64,000 bases of DNA from contig NC_087437.1 in assembly GCF_036321535.1 (NCBI RefSeq), positions 28,956,001-29,020,000 on the forward strand, in the 5' to 3' direction. The DNA comes from Camelus dromedarius. Taxonomy: Eukaryota. Positions 1-13,205 of the stretch are shown here, piece by piece. Position numbers and translations under genes: made by a program. Position 1 is the first letter of the stretch. Every line of letters begins with the position of its first letter. The notes under the pieces are model-generated. The model made no database searches. It worked only from the letters and a program-made list of their open reading frames with translations, and was not told the DNA's origin.

Positions 1-69
1 GCGAAGGCCAATGTGTTTCTGAAGGAGGTAGTCATGTATCTCTTGGGTACTGAGAAGGAAGGGCAAAGT

Positions 70-225
70 GAAACTAGATGAGGGTTCAAATTCCAGATCT
101 GTCAGTTACTTGTACAACTAAATTAGATAATTGCTTAAACTATTTGAGTCAGTCCTCTTATATTTAAGTGGAGATAATACTTTCTATTTCATAGGGCTGT
201 TGGGAAGATTAAATTAGAGGATAAA
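70..225 (+). mobile_element. MIR SINE remnant
   Basis: gggttcaaattccagatctgtcagttactt...gataatactt...tcatagggctgttgggaagattaaat resembles the MIR core. Confidence 0.6.
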
Positions 226-739
226 AGGAGAAGACTTTAGCTGCATCTTGGAGACAGACCTGCCTATGATCTGAAGCCCCTTATTCCACTAACTATGTGT
301 GAAAAAGCCAAATTTGGGCCTCTCCCTAGTCTCTTTCAATCTTAATTAACCCACTTTTTTTCTGGTCTCACTACTTCAACCACAAGCTGAAATTCAGATA
401 AACGTATGCATTTTCTATTTTTTTTGAAATAATACATGGAATATTAATGTCAACCATCCCATTGAGTTAGCATATATCCCTGTGTACTCTAATTCTAAGA
501 ATAAAATATCTGGCAAAGAAACATACTGTATTGTTTCTGAAAATGGCGATGCAACTGCACTGTGAGAAGTAAATTATTTTACATAAATATGGTAACTATA
601 TGATGTAATCATATATAATCTATACAAACAAACCTATACACACATACGATCCTAATATAACTGAGAATTCTGAATTGGCTCTCACATACATACGTTTCTG
701 GCTTAAATCAAGTCAGCTAGACTAAGAAATCAGTATATC

Positions 740-758
740 TGCTACCACCTGGTGGTAG
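740..758 (-). promoter_or_regulatory. CTCF-like motif, palindromic
   Basis: Minus strand CTACCACCAGGTGGTAGCA vs CTCF core CCACCAGGTGGCAG; binding not shown. Confidence 0.45.
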
Positions 759-1609
759 TTTACCCAAATTCTGACTTAAATTTTCTTGTATTTGAATAAA
801 TACCTTGATGAATACAACTCTCAATCCATAAATCTAAAACACGTTGCCAACTCAAGACACTTTAAAGGATTTCTAGGTCTTTGGGCATCGGTCCAGATGC
901 TTCATTTACTTTTCTTAACACAGTAAATCATTATCAAATGGAAGATCCTTTCATGCTTTTGTGTAGTACTATTCCAGCTTCTCATTTCTCCCACACACAC
1001 AATGTGCAAGAAAATTATCTGCATTTTACACATAGTCTGTGCTTCACCCTGCAGCTGGGATGTCCCCTCTCAGTCCCATCTCTACACACACAAATCAAGT
1101 ATTCTAATGCCACCTCCTCTACTAAATCTTTTTGCTTTGCCCAGCTGGACACTTTTTCTTTTCTTATCTCCTGTAGCAATTCATTGTGACACCTGTTCTC
1201 ATGGTGTGGAACACTCTGTGCTACAGTCACTCACAGACTTCATCTAGTTTTCAGGGAATCACAACATATAAATGTGCCCAAAACTACTTTCATAGTTCTT
1301 AAGGAACACTTTTCATTTTAATATCTACTAAGGGGCAGTTTAGGATCAGCAGTTAGTCTTCTGGGGTCAGACTGCCTGGGTTCATATTCAAGATCTATCA
1401 GTAACCAGCTCTGGAATTTTAAAATAGTACACAAATGACTGAAATTAGAGAACTACATGGAGGCCATGTAATCTGTACTTCCTCAACATTAATAGCTCAA
1501 ACCTTGCTCTTAGTAAATATTTAACACATATTTATTAAGACATTTAATAGTCTTCCATAAGACTAATGACACAGAGGCATAAAGAATAATCTCTGCAAAT
1601 ATGTATGTA

Positions 1610-1672
1610 TACACACAGACACACACGCACACACACACACACAAACCTCTCTCTCACACACATACACACACA
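1610..1672. repeat. imperfect (CA)n microsatellite
   Basis: acacacagacacacacgcacacacacacac...cacacacatacacaca. Confidence 0.85.
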
Positions 1673-2485
1673 TTATATTATGAATGACCTGGACGTAATT
1701 CTCACCCTTAATGTGATAGAGGCCATCATAAATAAATGAGTCAAGGAAGCCAAATCAGACACTGAGAAAATTCAAATTCCACATTTCAGACCCCAACGGT
1801 TCTAAGATACATAGAAATCAGATCTCTGGTCATTGTTTTCATGCCAATGTCTAATTCTTTTAATGGCCCACATCTTAGTTGTTTTCCCCACAATCCCTTG
1901 TCTTTATCTGTTCCTAATTTAGTTTTTAGTTGTGTTTTTCATTACTTTCAATTTTTGTGTTCCTGCTGGAATTCCCACCCTTCTATTAATAATTTTAAGT
2001 ATTTTAAAGAGAGATACTTTTTTTTTGGAAACACACATATTCTAGAACATTGAGAGGTTGGTACATAAATAATAAAACTTTTAAGAATTCGAAGACAAAG
2101 AAACCTTGAGGAAACAAAGCAAGTGTGAAAATGAGTGAGACACTGTGTCAGGCTCTTAGGTGTATTGCTAAATTATATTTTGGCACAAAAATGCTGTAAC
2201 CAATTGAATTTAATTCAACACATATTTACTGATTTCCTACAATGTGTATGAACTGTAGAAGGAATAAAAGGTTAGTAATACTTCATCTCTATCCTCAATA
2301 ATTCACTGCATGAAATGAAGATGGGGGTTATGAGAATGGGCATATTCATAAACACCTACAGTATAAGACAAAAAGTAGAGAGCAACATAAAAGGGCTGCA
2401 AATGAAATGATCTGTGGTTTCAGCAGAGAAAGACGTAATACATAGAGTATTTCAAGAAGAAAGCTTCCTTAAAAAGGTGACTATT

Positions 2486-2792
2486 TGAATACAACAAAAA
2501 AGGAACAGACTCACAGATATAGAGAACAAACTAGTGGTTACCAGCGGAGAGAGAGAAAGGGGGAGGGGCAAGATAGGGGGAGGGGATTAAGAAGTACAAA
2601 CTACTATAAAATAAATAAGCTACATGGATATATTGTACAGTACAAGGAATATAGCCAGTATTTTATAATAACTACAAATGGAGTATAACTTTTAAAAATT
2701 GTGAATCACCATGTTGTACACCTGAAACTTATATAATATTGTACATCAACTATACCTCAATTAATTAATTACTTTTAAAAATCTTCCTCCCA
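2486..2792 (+). mobile_element. 5'-truncated L1 3' UTR (cetartiodactyl-type) with 15-bp TSD
   Basis: gagaacaaactagtggttacc...tatacctcaat L1 tail; perfect TSD aaaaaggtgactatt at 2471-2485 and 2793-2807. Confidence 0.9.
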
Positions 2793-2809
2793 AAAAAGGT
2801 GACTATTGA

Positions 2810-3460
2810 AATTTGATCAACAAATAAGTATCATACTTAACTGTTACTCATAAAATAAATATTCATGAGTCCATGCTTACATCAATATGTATTTGAATAA
2901 ATAAATAAATGAGCAAAATGAGGCAGCTTCTCCTTACAGAATAATTTTGATTAACAAATGTAGAGGGAATGAGGGATATACAAAAGCACCATTAGGCAAA
3001 TATCACACTAATAAATGTTACAGGCAAGACCTACTGCAGATGTTAAAACCAATGGGAGAAATTTTTATAATCCCAAAGAATCTCTCCCAAGGTATTTTTA
3101 AATTACAAAGGGAGATGCAGTAACTTTACAGTGAGAACCTGGCAGAAACTTTAACTGGGTGATCAAAGTTAACATCTCTGGTAGTTAAGACATCTGGACA
3201 TCCCGTACCTCGTGATATGATGAACTGAAAAGATAGCATTTGTGTCTTTTTGCCAAAGATGCAAAACTTAATCATGAGAAAACGTTAGACAAAAAAATTG
3301 ACAGAAATTCTATGACATAACTGATGAGCACAGATCAAAAGTGTAAAGATCATGAAAGACAAAGAAAGACTGAGGAACTATCAGAGATTGGCGCAGGCTA
3401 AGGAACAGTACAAGTAAATGCAACCCGGAATCCTGGATTAGAGCCGGAAATGGAATCTGA
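2810..3460 (+). mobile_element. old L1 (L1MC/L1MD-like) 3' region
   Basis: Recognisable motifs taactttacagtgagaacctggcaga, gatcaaagttaacatc, taaatgcaacccggaatcctggatt. Confidence 0.65.
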
Positions 3461-4409
3461 TTTTTTTTTTTTTGTATTGCTTTTGAATTGTGAATAAAGT
3501 GATTCAACCTGTGCTTAAATAAAATTCCCTTGTCAACAGGGTTGAGTTCCTTGAGGAGGGGCCGTATTTAGTACACGGGTATGTCTCAGCCTGTCATAGT
3601 GCGTATGCTCCATATCATGTCTCCTATTTTATTAAATGAATGATGAGGGGAGGAAGTAAGGAGAGCAAGGAACTAGAAATGAGGAGGCTACTCAAGTAGA
3701 TCAGGTGAGAGCCGAGGAGGCCTGAATCTGGACCGAGGCTAAAGCCATGCAGTGCATGGGATGGCTCTGAGAGACTCTGTAAAGGCAGAATCTAGAGAAC
3801 ATGATGGGTAATTACCCGGAGATCAGAAAAAAAGTCATGATAGTTTCACATTTAGGGGCCCAAAGGTGATTGGGAGAATTGAGGAGAAGAAAGGTATGGT
3901 AACTTCAACAGAAAATAATCTTTAAACAACCCCTAAGAAACAATTTTTTGGATGCCTCAATATTGACTTACTAATTTTATAGGCCAGTTCATCAACAGAC
4001 AAAAATTCACATCTGGCCAAATAACTCATGTATGTGTAGTTGCTAAAAGACTAACTCTGATATAGACAGGCATGGAGAAACATCAGCAAATTTGTGAATT
4101 TGGTTGTCTTGGCACTACTATTTTCAAGACAAGAATTTTTTCCAAATGCTCTGCATCTTCATTAGGGGTACCATGATAACTGAGATTAAAATTGTACCTG
4201 GCTACCTAATGTTAAGTGGTTGTTTAGAATTATTACGATTGCCATAATGTGATAATATTACAGTGCTTCTGTTGATAGAACATAATGAGAATGTGCTACT
4301 GCATCACATGTAGTGTGGAGAACAATGCCCATGGGCGAATTAACTAGACCAATGACTGTCAGACATCCTGCTGTAAATAAGAAAATAAAACCTAAGGTTC
4401 ATAAAAAAA

Positions 4410-5745
4410 AATTGATACCTGGAAGCAGGGTGGTGCCATAACAGAATCCTAAAACATGTGACACGGGCTTTAGGACTAGTAGCCAGCAGAGGCCAGAACA
4501 GCCACAAGGAAACTGTAAATGGTAGCTGGACATTATTATTAAAGGCAGAGAAAAAAGATTATAGACAGCCATGTAGTGACAGAAAGTTTGGCAACATTCT
4601 TAATGAAATTGTAAATATGGCTGAGAACATTTCCAGGCAGCATTTTGAAAATGCCAAATGTTTTCTTTTAACTCTATGGTAAGATAAAAATAGATGAAAC
4701 ACTTCCGAACCCAGAATTACCAGTTTGGAAAATAAAACTCTTTTGTCAATCCCAAAATCGCAGTTCACAAAATATACTCAAGTAAATTAAAACCTCAAGG
4801 CAATATCAGGGCACTACCACTAAAACATGGCCTGAGGGTCAGACTCAGTTCAGTGGTATGGTTGTTCTCACATGTTGGGACCTCAGAGAAAGGTAATAGA
4901 GCACTTTGTATACCCTCTGAGCTAGACTATAGAACAGCTAAGAAGCTTAAAGGCATGTCTTATAAGATCCTCTCAATCTAAAAACTGGGCCTCCAGGAAT
5001 CATAAAGACATGATTCTTACACCCTTTCCACTACACTGAAAGGGCTTTTAAGAATATTCGAGGTGCTTTCCCACAGCCCAAGGTAGGGAGGAGCCTGCCT
5101 GAAAGAAATTTATAGGTGTTATTTTTATCTAATGGAATAGATTATAATTCAACACATGGAAAACCCACACCATTTCATAAAGAATTACACAAGCTTGGGC
5201 TGAACAGTATAGAGACAGTTTAAAATTAAAAGAGGTCTCTGGACCCCCAACTCCTATGGGGAGGAAGCAGGCTGAGAGAGCTTTTCAACTCTAAATGTGG
5301 GCAACTTCTTATGAAAAAGAAAGGGTGGTTCAGGGGTCAGAGTGGAGAGTCCAGGGACCTAGGGGTTGGGGGGTGTGAATCTAAGAACCATAGAACCATA
5401 GAATTCACTCCCAGGGAGCAGAGCCTCCCTGGAGTCAGAGGAAATGGGAACACGTGCCCAGCTAAGGACTGGTGACTTCCAGGAGCGACTTGCTCCTTTT
5501 GGGAACTGGGATGTCTATTGTGGTTATGCTAGGCTGTATCATCAGGATCAGTTAGGAACGTGGATGACAGATACTTTGTCTTTTAAAAGTGTCTGCACCT
5601 GAGGAGCCCAGTCCACTCCTGAGCCTGATTTAAATAACAGGACTAAATCATCCTGGACTTCAAGCTCCATCATAATAGGATGAGGACTTGGGGATTTCAG
5701 GGTGGGTAAGGGTACTTTACATGAACTCTTGCAACCAGAGGGCCA
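4410..5745 (+). mobile_element. MaLR (MLT1) internal sequence
   Basis: Starts ttgatacctggaagcagggtggtgccataaca (MLT1-int 5' end) and runs directly into an MLT1 LTR. Confidence 0.6.
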
Positions 5746-6280
5746 GCTGCAGTAGCTAATCTCCAAAGATGGTCCTCAATCATTTCTTCCCTTCTTGGAT
5801 GCATACGCCACTCATTATATCAAGTAGTGGAACCCAATTTCCGTCCCCTTGAATCTGAGCTAACCCTATACCTAGTTTTGACCAACAGAACACAGTAGAA
5901 ATGCCATTCTTCTGCTTCCAAGCCTAGGCATTAAGAGCACTGTGTTTTCACTTCCTGCACCATGGATTCCCAAAACACTTGGAGAGGAACCAAGGCACTC
6001 TAAGGCCTCAGCTGAGCTCCCAGCAAGAGCCAGCATCGCGGCCAGCCAAGTGAGTGAGCCAACTGGTACTCCCGCCCAGCCAAGTATCCTGATGACTGTG
6101 GCCCTAGAGGATGTCACATGGAACAGAAGAAACACTCAGCTGAATGGAGTCGACCACCCAGTTGGACGCAGTTAACCAAGAGAAGTGTAAAGATTTAAAA
6201 AAAAAAAAAAAAAAGGAAATTGTAGTTTTAGGCCTTTAATTTTGGGGGTGATTTATTATGTAGCAATAGATAAATGAAAA
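5746..6280 (+). mobile_element. MLT1 (G/H-like) LTR
   Basis: ctccaaagatgg..., gttttgaccaacagaa, 3' end ttttgggggtgatttattatgtagcaatagataa. Confidence 0.75.
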
Positions 6281-7269
6281 ATCTGTATTCTGATTATCAG
6301 TGTATAGTGTATTTGTGAAATTCAAACATGCTTATTGAAATATATTTACTTATATTCATTTTCCTTTATTAAAATCCTACATAAAGTAAACCCTTAATTA
6401 GAAAAATGTGCACAAAAAGAATAACATAAAACAATCTAACCTGAATCTCCCTAGCTTATTCTTTAGTCAAAATATATAGAAGCCTTCTCGAAATCAGTCT
6501 ACAAACTACTTACTACATTTCAGTTATCTGATGTTTTGCACTGTGATGAGAACACCATTTTATTGTCCTGAGGGAATTTTATTTTTAAAGAGGTACTAAG
6601 TTGCTGCATATCTTTAAAGTGCTTTTTAACCATAGTTTACATATTTTTTAATCATTCTGGGAATGTGAAGGTATCGCACTATCTGATTTATGAGCTAGGA
6701 GATGAGATTGTGTGTTGAGATATCTACATTATAATAAATTATGTGCAAAACTATGATTTAAATTCCAAGTCTGTGACACTTTTTTTTTTCATATTTCTAA
6801 AATAAATAACCCAAGGGCCATCTCCTCTGTTGCTCCTGAAGTGTAATGACTCAGGGCCTTTAAATTCTCTGAGAGTCTTCATACTAAGTAAACCACAATG
6901 GAAACGCTCAGAGAGAATGAGATTCATTTCTTTCTTTTCTTTCTCTTTCTTTCTTTTTTTTTTTTGGCCTTTTCTCTGCTACCACCCACGAGACAGACGA
7001 GAGGTTTGGGCCTAACCCTATCAGAGAGATCGGCTCCTTTAGAAGTTGAAGAGGCAGGGTAAATAGGCACATGGCTGGCACCAGGCCAGAATCTGCAAGC
7101 TCTGTTTTCAGGGTGAGTCAGATCTGGCTTCAGAAAGCAGGACTGTCTGTCGAAAAACACACTGAGCCAAAGCCAAAGAAAAATAAAGTTTGACTCTACC
7201 TCCAAAGTAAACTCACAGCGTGGAATCCGCTCAGGGCCCATTTTACTTAACCTATCTGCAGCATCTCCA

Positions 7270-8645
7270 AAGCCGATCCCTCCTTCCTCCTTGAGGTACT
7301 TTCCTCACTTGGCCTCTAGGACACCACATCCTCCTGTTTTCTTCCTCCCTCACCGGTCTCTGGTTGGTCTATCTCAGGATAAAGTCCTGGTTTCTGTTCT
7401 TGTCCCCAACTTCTTAATAACAGAGGGTCTTAGGGCTAAGGAGCTGGTCTTGGGTCTTCTCTCTCACTCGCTCTCCCTAGAACGTCCAATTCGCACAACC
7501 ACCTCCTGCTGGGGATCTACACTAGGATATCTAACAGGCATCTCCACTTGATGTGTCCAAGTGGAGCACTTGCTCTCTGTCAAACTGTCCTTCCCATGTC
7601 GGTATACGACAGCTAGTCCCTTCTAGTTACTCAGGCCAAACCCTTGGAGTTTTCCTGGATTGCACTCTTTATTTCAGACATCTCATTCACTTCCTGAGCA
7701 AATCTTGTTGCCTCTCTGTTCAGAATGTATCCAGAATCTGACCACTTCTCCCTATTTTTAAACCAGCATCATTGCCTCCCTGGATTATGGCAATAACTTC
7801 CAATTTGGTCTCCCTGCTCCCATACAGTTTATTGTCAACACAGCAGCCAGAGTGGAATGGTTAAATCTGTAAGTAAAGGTATTGTCAGTTCTCTTTTCAA
7901 AACCCTGTAAGGGGTGGGGTAAGGGATAGCTCAGTGGTAGTGTGCGTGCTTAACATGCACAAGGTCCTGGGTTTAATTCCCAGTACCTCCATTAAAATAA
8001 GTAAATAAACCTAATTACCTCCCACTGACCCCAAAAAATAAATAAAAATAGTAATTAAAAAAAACTTTTCAAAAAGCCTGTAAGGGTTCCCCTTTTCGTT
8101 CAGTAGAAAAGCCTTGCAATAGATTTTGGGGCCGTGTGTGGTCTGAGCCATACATCACCTCCTTGACGTTATCTCCTGCCTCTCTCCCCCTGGATCATTC
8201 CACATCAGCCACACAGGTTGCCTTGCAATTCCTGGAATTTGCCAGGCATTCCCTTGCCTCATTCTTTACACCAGCTGTTTCCTCTCTTTGGAAACCTCTC
8301 CCACTAGATATCCACGTAATCGTTCTCTCATCTCTTTTAAATCTTTGCTCAAATATGCCTTTCTTGGTGTGGCTTTTCCCGACGGTCCTGTTCATAACTG
8401 CAACCCACACCACACCCTGACACTCCCTATTCCCTTTCCAGTTTTCTTTTTCTCCATAGCATTTACCACCTTCTAGCATTCTGTGTAATTTACTTATTTA
8501 TTCCTTAATTCTGTCCCCCCAGCTAGAAAGCAAGATCCATAAGGGTAGAGATTTCTGTTTTGATTTTTTTTCACTGACATATCCTTACCTCTTAGAACAG
8601 CCTGACATACTACAGGTGCTGAAGAAGTATCTGTTAAATGAATGT
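7270..8645 (+). mobile_element. L2 LINE 3' portion, interrupted by a SINE
   Basis: Pyrimidine-rich L2 body (cagaatgtatccagaatctgaccacttctc, cacagcagccagagtg) ending tgttaaatgaatg. Confidence 0.8.
7911..8064 (+). mobile_element. tRNA-derived SINE (camelid Vic-1-like)
   Basis: A box tagctcagtgg, B box gggtttaattccc, tail aataaacctaattacctccc; TSD cttttcaaaa(c/ag)cctgtaaggg at 7893-7913 and 8065-8086. Confidence 0.9.
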
Positions 8646-10586
8646 TACTTCCATGTTACAGACAGTTCTCCATTTCATCCTCTTCTTCACTAACTAAATT
8701 TATCTCTCTACTAGTTGCTCAAGAAAATATGTGAAAAAAAGATGTTGAAACTTAAAAAATAATCAAATAAAGTCTCTGTCCTCAAACAAATTGGTCTTAG
8801 TATTTTATAAAATGCCAAGTTATTGCTGGAAATTTGGTGAGCTGAGTTGAAAACTGGTTTTAAAAAGGAATAAAAATAAAAATCTACAACTAGAATTAAG
8901 ACACAAACCCTGTTGTTTTCTTTTTTTTTTTTTAATCAGGCAGCCTTCAGAATACTTTACATATATAAAAGCCATTTCATTTAATAGTCCCAGCCTCTCC
9001 TCACTAAATACTTTATTCACTGCCTTAAACTTTCTGTCTCAGGAGAGTTTCCTAAAAATAACAACACAAGAAAACCAAGAGAGCTTGACATTAACTTAGA
9101 TTTTCTTTTAGCAAAACCTAATCTGGGCTTTTTATCAACTGTTAGTATCTCAACAGAAAGAGGTTTTGATATCAAGCCAGAAAATGAAGGTAAAATGACT
9201 ACGTAGAAAGTACTACATTTTAGCCCTTTATTTGGCTTTTCTGAACAAGCACTTGGTTGCCTGAGGTGACTGGTTCTGAAGGATTCATGTGTCAACTTTG
9301 GGTCTCAAATCCCTTTTTCAGGCACCCCTGGGCATGGACTGCAACACTTGCCACTGATGTCCAGATCCATAAACACAAGGCTTCCACGTGGAGCCCTCAG
9401 TGGGGCACTTGAAGACCTCGCGCATGAAAGGAAGGCAGGTGTGGGCTTTTCCCAAGGAACATACACACCTTCAGTGTCCAGACCTGCCTGCATCTTAGGG
9501 ATCAGAGGACTGGTAGTTACGGACATCTTCCTTTTTTATTCCCTATTTTATGACTTTGATGGAAGTGTCCAATTATCTAGGAAATAATAATAATTCGAGC
9601 TCAAAAAATATGTAACACCTGAAAATCAGAACTTTAGAAAATGTTTTTGACTGCCTGAAGAGAAGGTATCTCTTTTCAAAGCAAATCACTTGTCTTGATA
9701 AATTAACATGTGAGTTAAATTCTTGTCAAAAACAAGTACATGTTGCTCTCTGGCCTCAGCCAGACCCAGTCCTTCCTCAGGCCCCATTCCTACTCCTGAT
9801 CCTTCAACTCCCAGTGACAGTCCCCAGAGGTTTTGTGCTTTTTACACCTATGTGCCAGTATGCAGGACCTCCTGTAGTGTTATCTGGCTGGTAATCACAG
9901 CAGTGCTCTGTTGGTGGACCCTCTAGTTTAAAAAAAATTCTTATTTTTCAAAATTGACCTATTTTGCATCTTATCCCATTAGACTTCTGATTTTCCTTTC
10001 CAAAGGTTAATGATTCTTTTCTGACTTATTACATCTCTCAAGTAAACGTTAACAGAGATCTTCTGGAAACACCACTATGCTTAACCTAAAGGAAGGTCCC
10101 CAGTGCAGGACACTGAGGTACCAAGAGTGACTGTATCACAGTGAAAGAAACATTAGATTGTGAGTAAGAAGGCTGAGGTTTGAACCCAGCTCCATTATTT
10201 ATTAGCTACATGGCCTCGAGCAAGTCACTTAAATTGTTTAAGAATCTGTCACTATATATTCAACCTATTTGATGTGCTGGAGATAAAGACTAACAGGATA
10301 ATACATTCAAATAATAATAGAGAGTTCTCTACAAACTAACACCATATTATTGACAATGTGGATGGTTTTGGGGGATGCAGCCCTTTTGGTGACCTTCAGT
10401 TCACACTGTCTGTGTGCTGCCTATGCCATCCACATTTAGAGCTATACCAATGTACAGGTATCAAAAAATAGATTTCGAATAACACAAGTAATTGCCATGA
10501 TCACAGAGGAACTATTATTAAAAACACTACTTTGATTAAAAATGTCAGTTTTGAGAAGCTTTTAATATCTTCCGCCGGTGCTAAAC

Positions 10587-10594
10587 TGACGTCA
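10587..10594. promoter_or_regulatory. full CRE palindrome TGACGTCA
   Basis: Exact 8-mer with intact CpG in non-repeat sequence; function not shown. Confidence 0.3.
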
Positions 10595-12659
10595 ATGACA
10601 TTTCAATATTAGTTTCTAAAAGTTGGTTATCTTTCATATCTTTATTTAACTGAGCTTTGCATATTGTCAATTTGTAAAAGGCAATGGCTTTCAGTAATCC
10701 TTTTCTTCACAAAGAAATGTATTTAAAAATTAACACATCAACCCCTATGTATTTTGAGCAGATGTAACATTTTCCCAATCGTGGGATGCTCTGACATTCT
10801 ACCATGTAGATTATAATAAAACCATACTCAACTATAAGTAAAGAGTATTATTAAGTATTAAGATTTTTCTTATCATAAATTGAAAGTTTATTTTTCACTG
10901 TTTCCAGAGACATTTACAGCTCGAAATTAGGCCTTCCACGATGAAATTGGGATTTTGATGACCACCTCAGAAAATAAGAGGATTTGCTATAAAACCAAGA
11001 ATGAATGGCATTCACTCACTCAGCCAGTGATCTATAGAGGATCTTTTATTCACAAGGTTATCGGCCCGACATTGGGCATATACTGGTGACCAAGACAGAC
11101 GATCCAATTCTACACTCACAGAACTGACATTCCCTGTTATAAAAAAAATAATCCTAGTTAGTATGTAACCCAATGAACTCTGAGATCTTAGATGAATATG
11201 TGTGTATACACATGCACATACATGTGTGCATATATGTAGATGTATATGTGTATATGTGCATATGTGTGTGTGTATCTAACATACACTTTTTGTAGCTGAG
11301 ATAAAGTATATTTTAGGATAAAGTAGGAAGGGAGAAGCAGGCTGTCAGTTCTTCACATGCAGAAAATATTTCCTTAGGGATTTACAACACCAACAAAAGT
11401 TATTGAGTCATAATATTTTTTCTCTTAATATTCCATTCCCCCAAATCTCTCTAACTTCAAAGCTGACACTTTCTGCCTGCACAGTAATGACTTGGTTTTA
11501 TGGAAAGGCCCTGCTAGATGAAGCACCACTCATATTATTTCTGATGTTACATCAGTTCCGGGCTCTTCACTAATCATGCAATTTCAACTTAAGTTTTCAA
11601 GTTTCTATGTCAACTTCAGCTTACCATTTTTGTCTACCTGCCATCTGATCTGTCCCTTTCTCTGTTTTCTCAGCAACATGGAGTTCTTTTTCTATCTGGT
11701 TCATCAACCCTTGTCCTAGGCTCTCTACTCCCGATTACAATAAAGTCACTTCTCTTCTTTCTCATCTCTTGTTCTGCCTCTTCCTCCAATTCCCATCCCC
11801 TTAGCATATATCTAATGTTAAAGTGAAACTGGCAGTTCATCCTCTTGGAGACATGTGTTACCTGAATAATGCAGCTACGCAACCATTCTCAAAAGATATC
11901 ACTGACCAGACCGTAAGCACTGGTACCCTCCCAAGCTGTCTTTTTTTGGTCTGGCTTCCAGGCGGGGATAAGAAATGGTTCAATGAATGCCATTCCTGCT
12001 GTAAATAACTCTTGTAAATTTTACTGACAGTGAGAAAATAACATTGTCAAGAAGAAAGCTGGACTCTTTAAAAACATAGTCCTTAAGAATGTTTCTTTAT
12101 TCAGCCATACTCCTTTTTACATTCTATTTCTTGGGGTCTGTGTGTCTTAATAAAAGTTAAGTATTAACTTTAAAATCATAATATAAGCATTTTACAGTTT
12201 TAATAATATTTTTTCATATATCATGAAAAACAAGGATGAGGATGAACTACATCTGGTGAACTTGTCTGACTTGCCTTGGCCATCCACGTAAGTGGCGGAA
12301 CGAGAAACGAAATCCAAGCCTTCTGAGGTGAGAGCGTGAGATTATTTTCACTACAGAAGCACGTGGTGGTGCACAAATTACTTACAAACCTTTCAGGTTA
12401 TATTTAATCTTAAATATAAGATAGCTTATTAAAGCCCATCCCTTTTTCCTGTAGGTGGAATGTGCCTTTATTGATATACATTTTATACTGTAAAGGTAAT
12501 AAATATTAAGAGTATAGGTGATGGAGCCTGGCACCAGCCCAGATCACAAGCCCTCAGTCCCTTGGAAAGTTCAGCCTGACTCTCCATCCTGCCCCTGAGC
12601 CCAGCTAGGATGTTACCCATAAAATAAGCTCAACCTTGGAAGAAAAAAAGAAGAATACA

Positions 12660-12880
12660 GATGAGAGGGTCAAGCTACCCAGGTTCAAATTCTCTGCTCA
12701 TCTTCTGAGAAGATGTATATCTTTGGAAAATTTAGACAATTTACTTAATTTTTCTGGGACTTGGTTATAATCAACTATAAAACTGGAATCATAGAACCAG
12801 TCTCAAAGATTGTTTAAGGGATTAAATGATATGATCCATATTAAATATTCAATAAATGTCAGCTGTTATTGTTACTTTAT
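12660..12880 (+). mobile_element. MIR remnant
   Basis: ccaggttcaaattct...gattgtttaagggattaaatgat...tcaataaatgtcagctgttatt. Confidence 0.6.
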
Positions 12881-12920
12881 TATTATTCCAAGAGCTGGTA
12901 GCATCTCTTCTGTAAGTTTC

Positions 12921-13205
12921 TTTTTTTTTTTTTTGTATATATGTATTTTTATTGAAGTATAGTCAGTTTACAATGTTGTGTCAATTTCTGGTGTACAGCA
13001 TAATGCTTCAGTCATACATGAGCATACATGCATTTGTTTTCATATTCTTTTTCATTATAGGTTTCCACAAGATATTGAATATAGTTCCCTGTGCTATACA
13101 GTATGAACTTGTTGTTTATCTATTTTATATATATTAGTTAGTATCTGAAAATCTCGAACTCCCAATTTATTCCTTCCCATCCTCTTCACCCACTGGTAAC
13201 CATAA
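12921..13205 (-). mobile_element. 5'-truncated L1 3' UTR (younger camelid-type)
   Basis: Poly-T then attgaagtatagtcagtttacaatgttgtgtcaatttctggtgtacagc, the reverse complement of the L1 tails at 24900 and 44450. Confidence 0.9.

Noticed and set aside
7911..7990. tRNA genes at the SINE heads (also 34838, 44180, 49608, 59260)
   Set aside because: Degenerate stems, A-rich tails and TSDs show these are SINEs.
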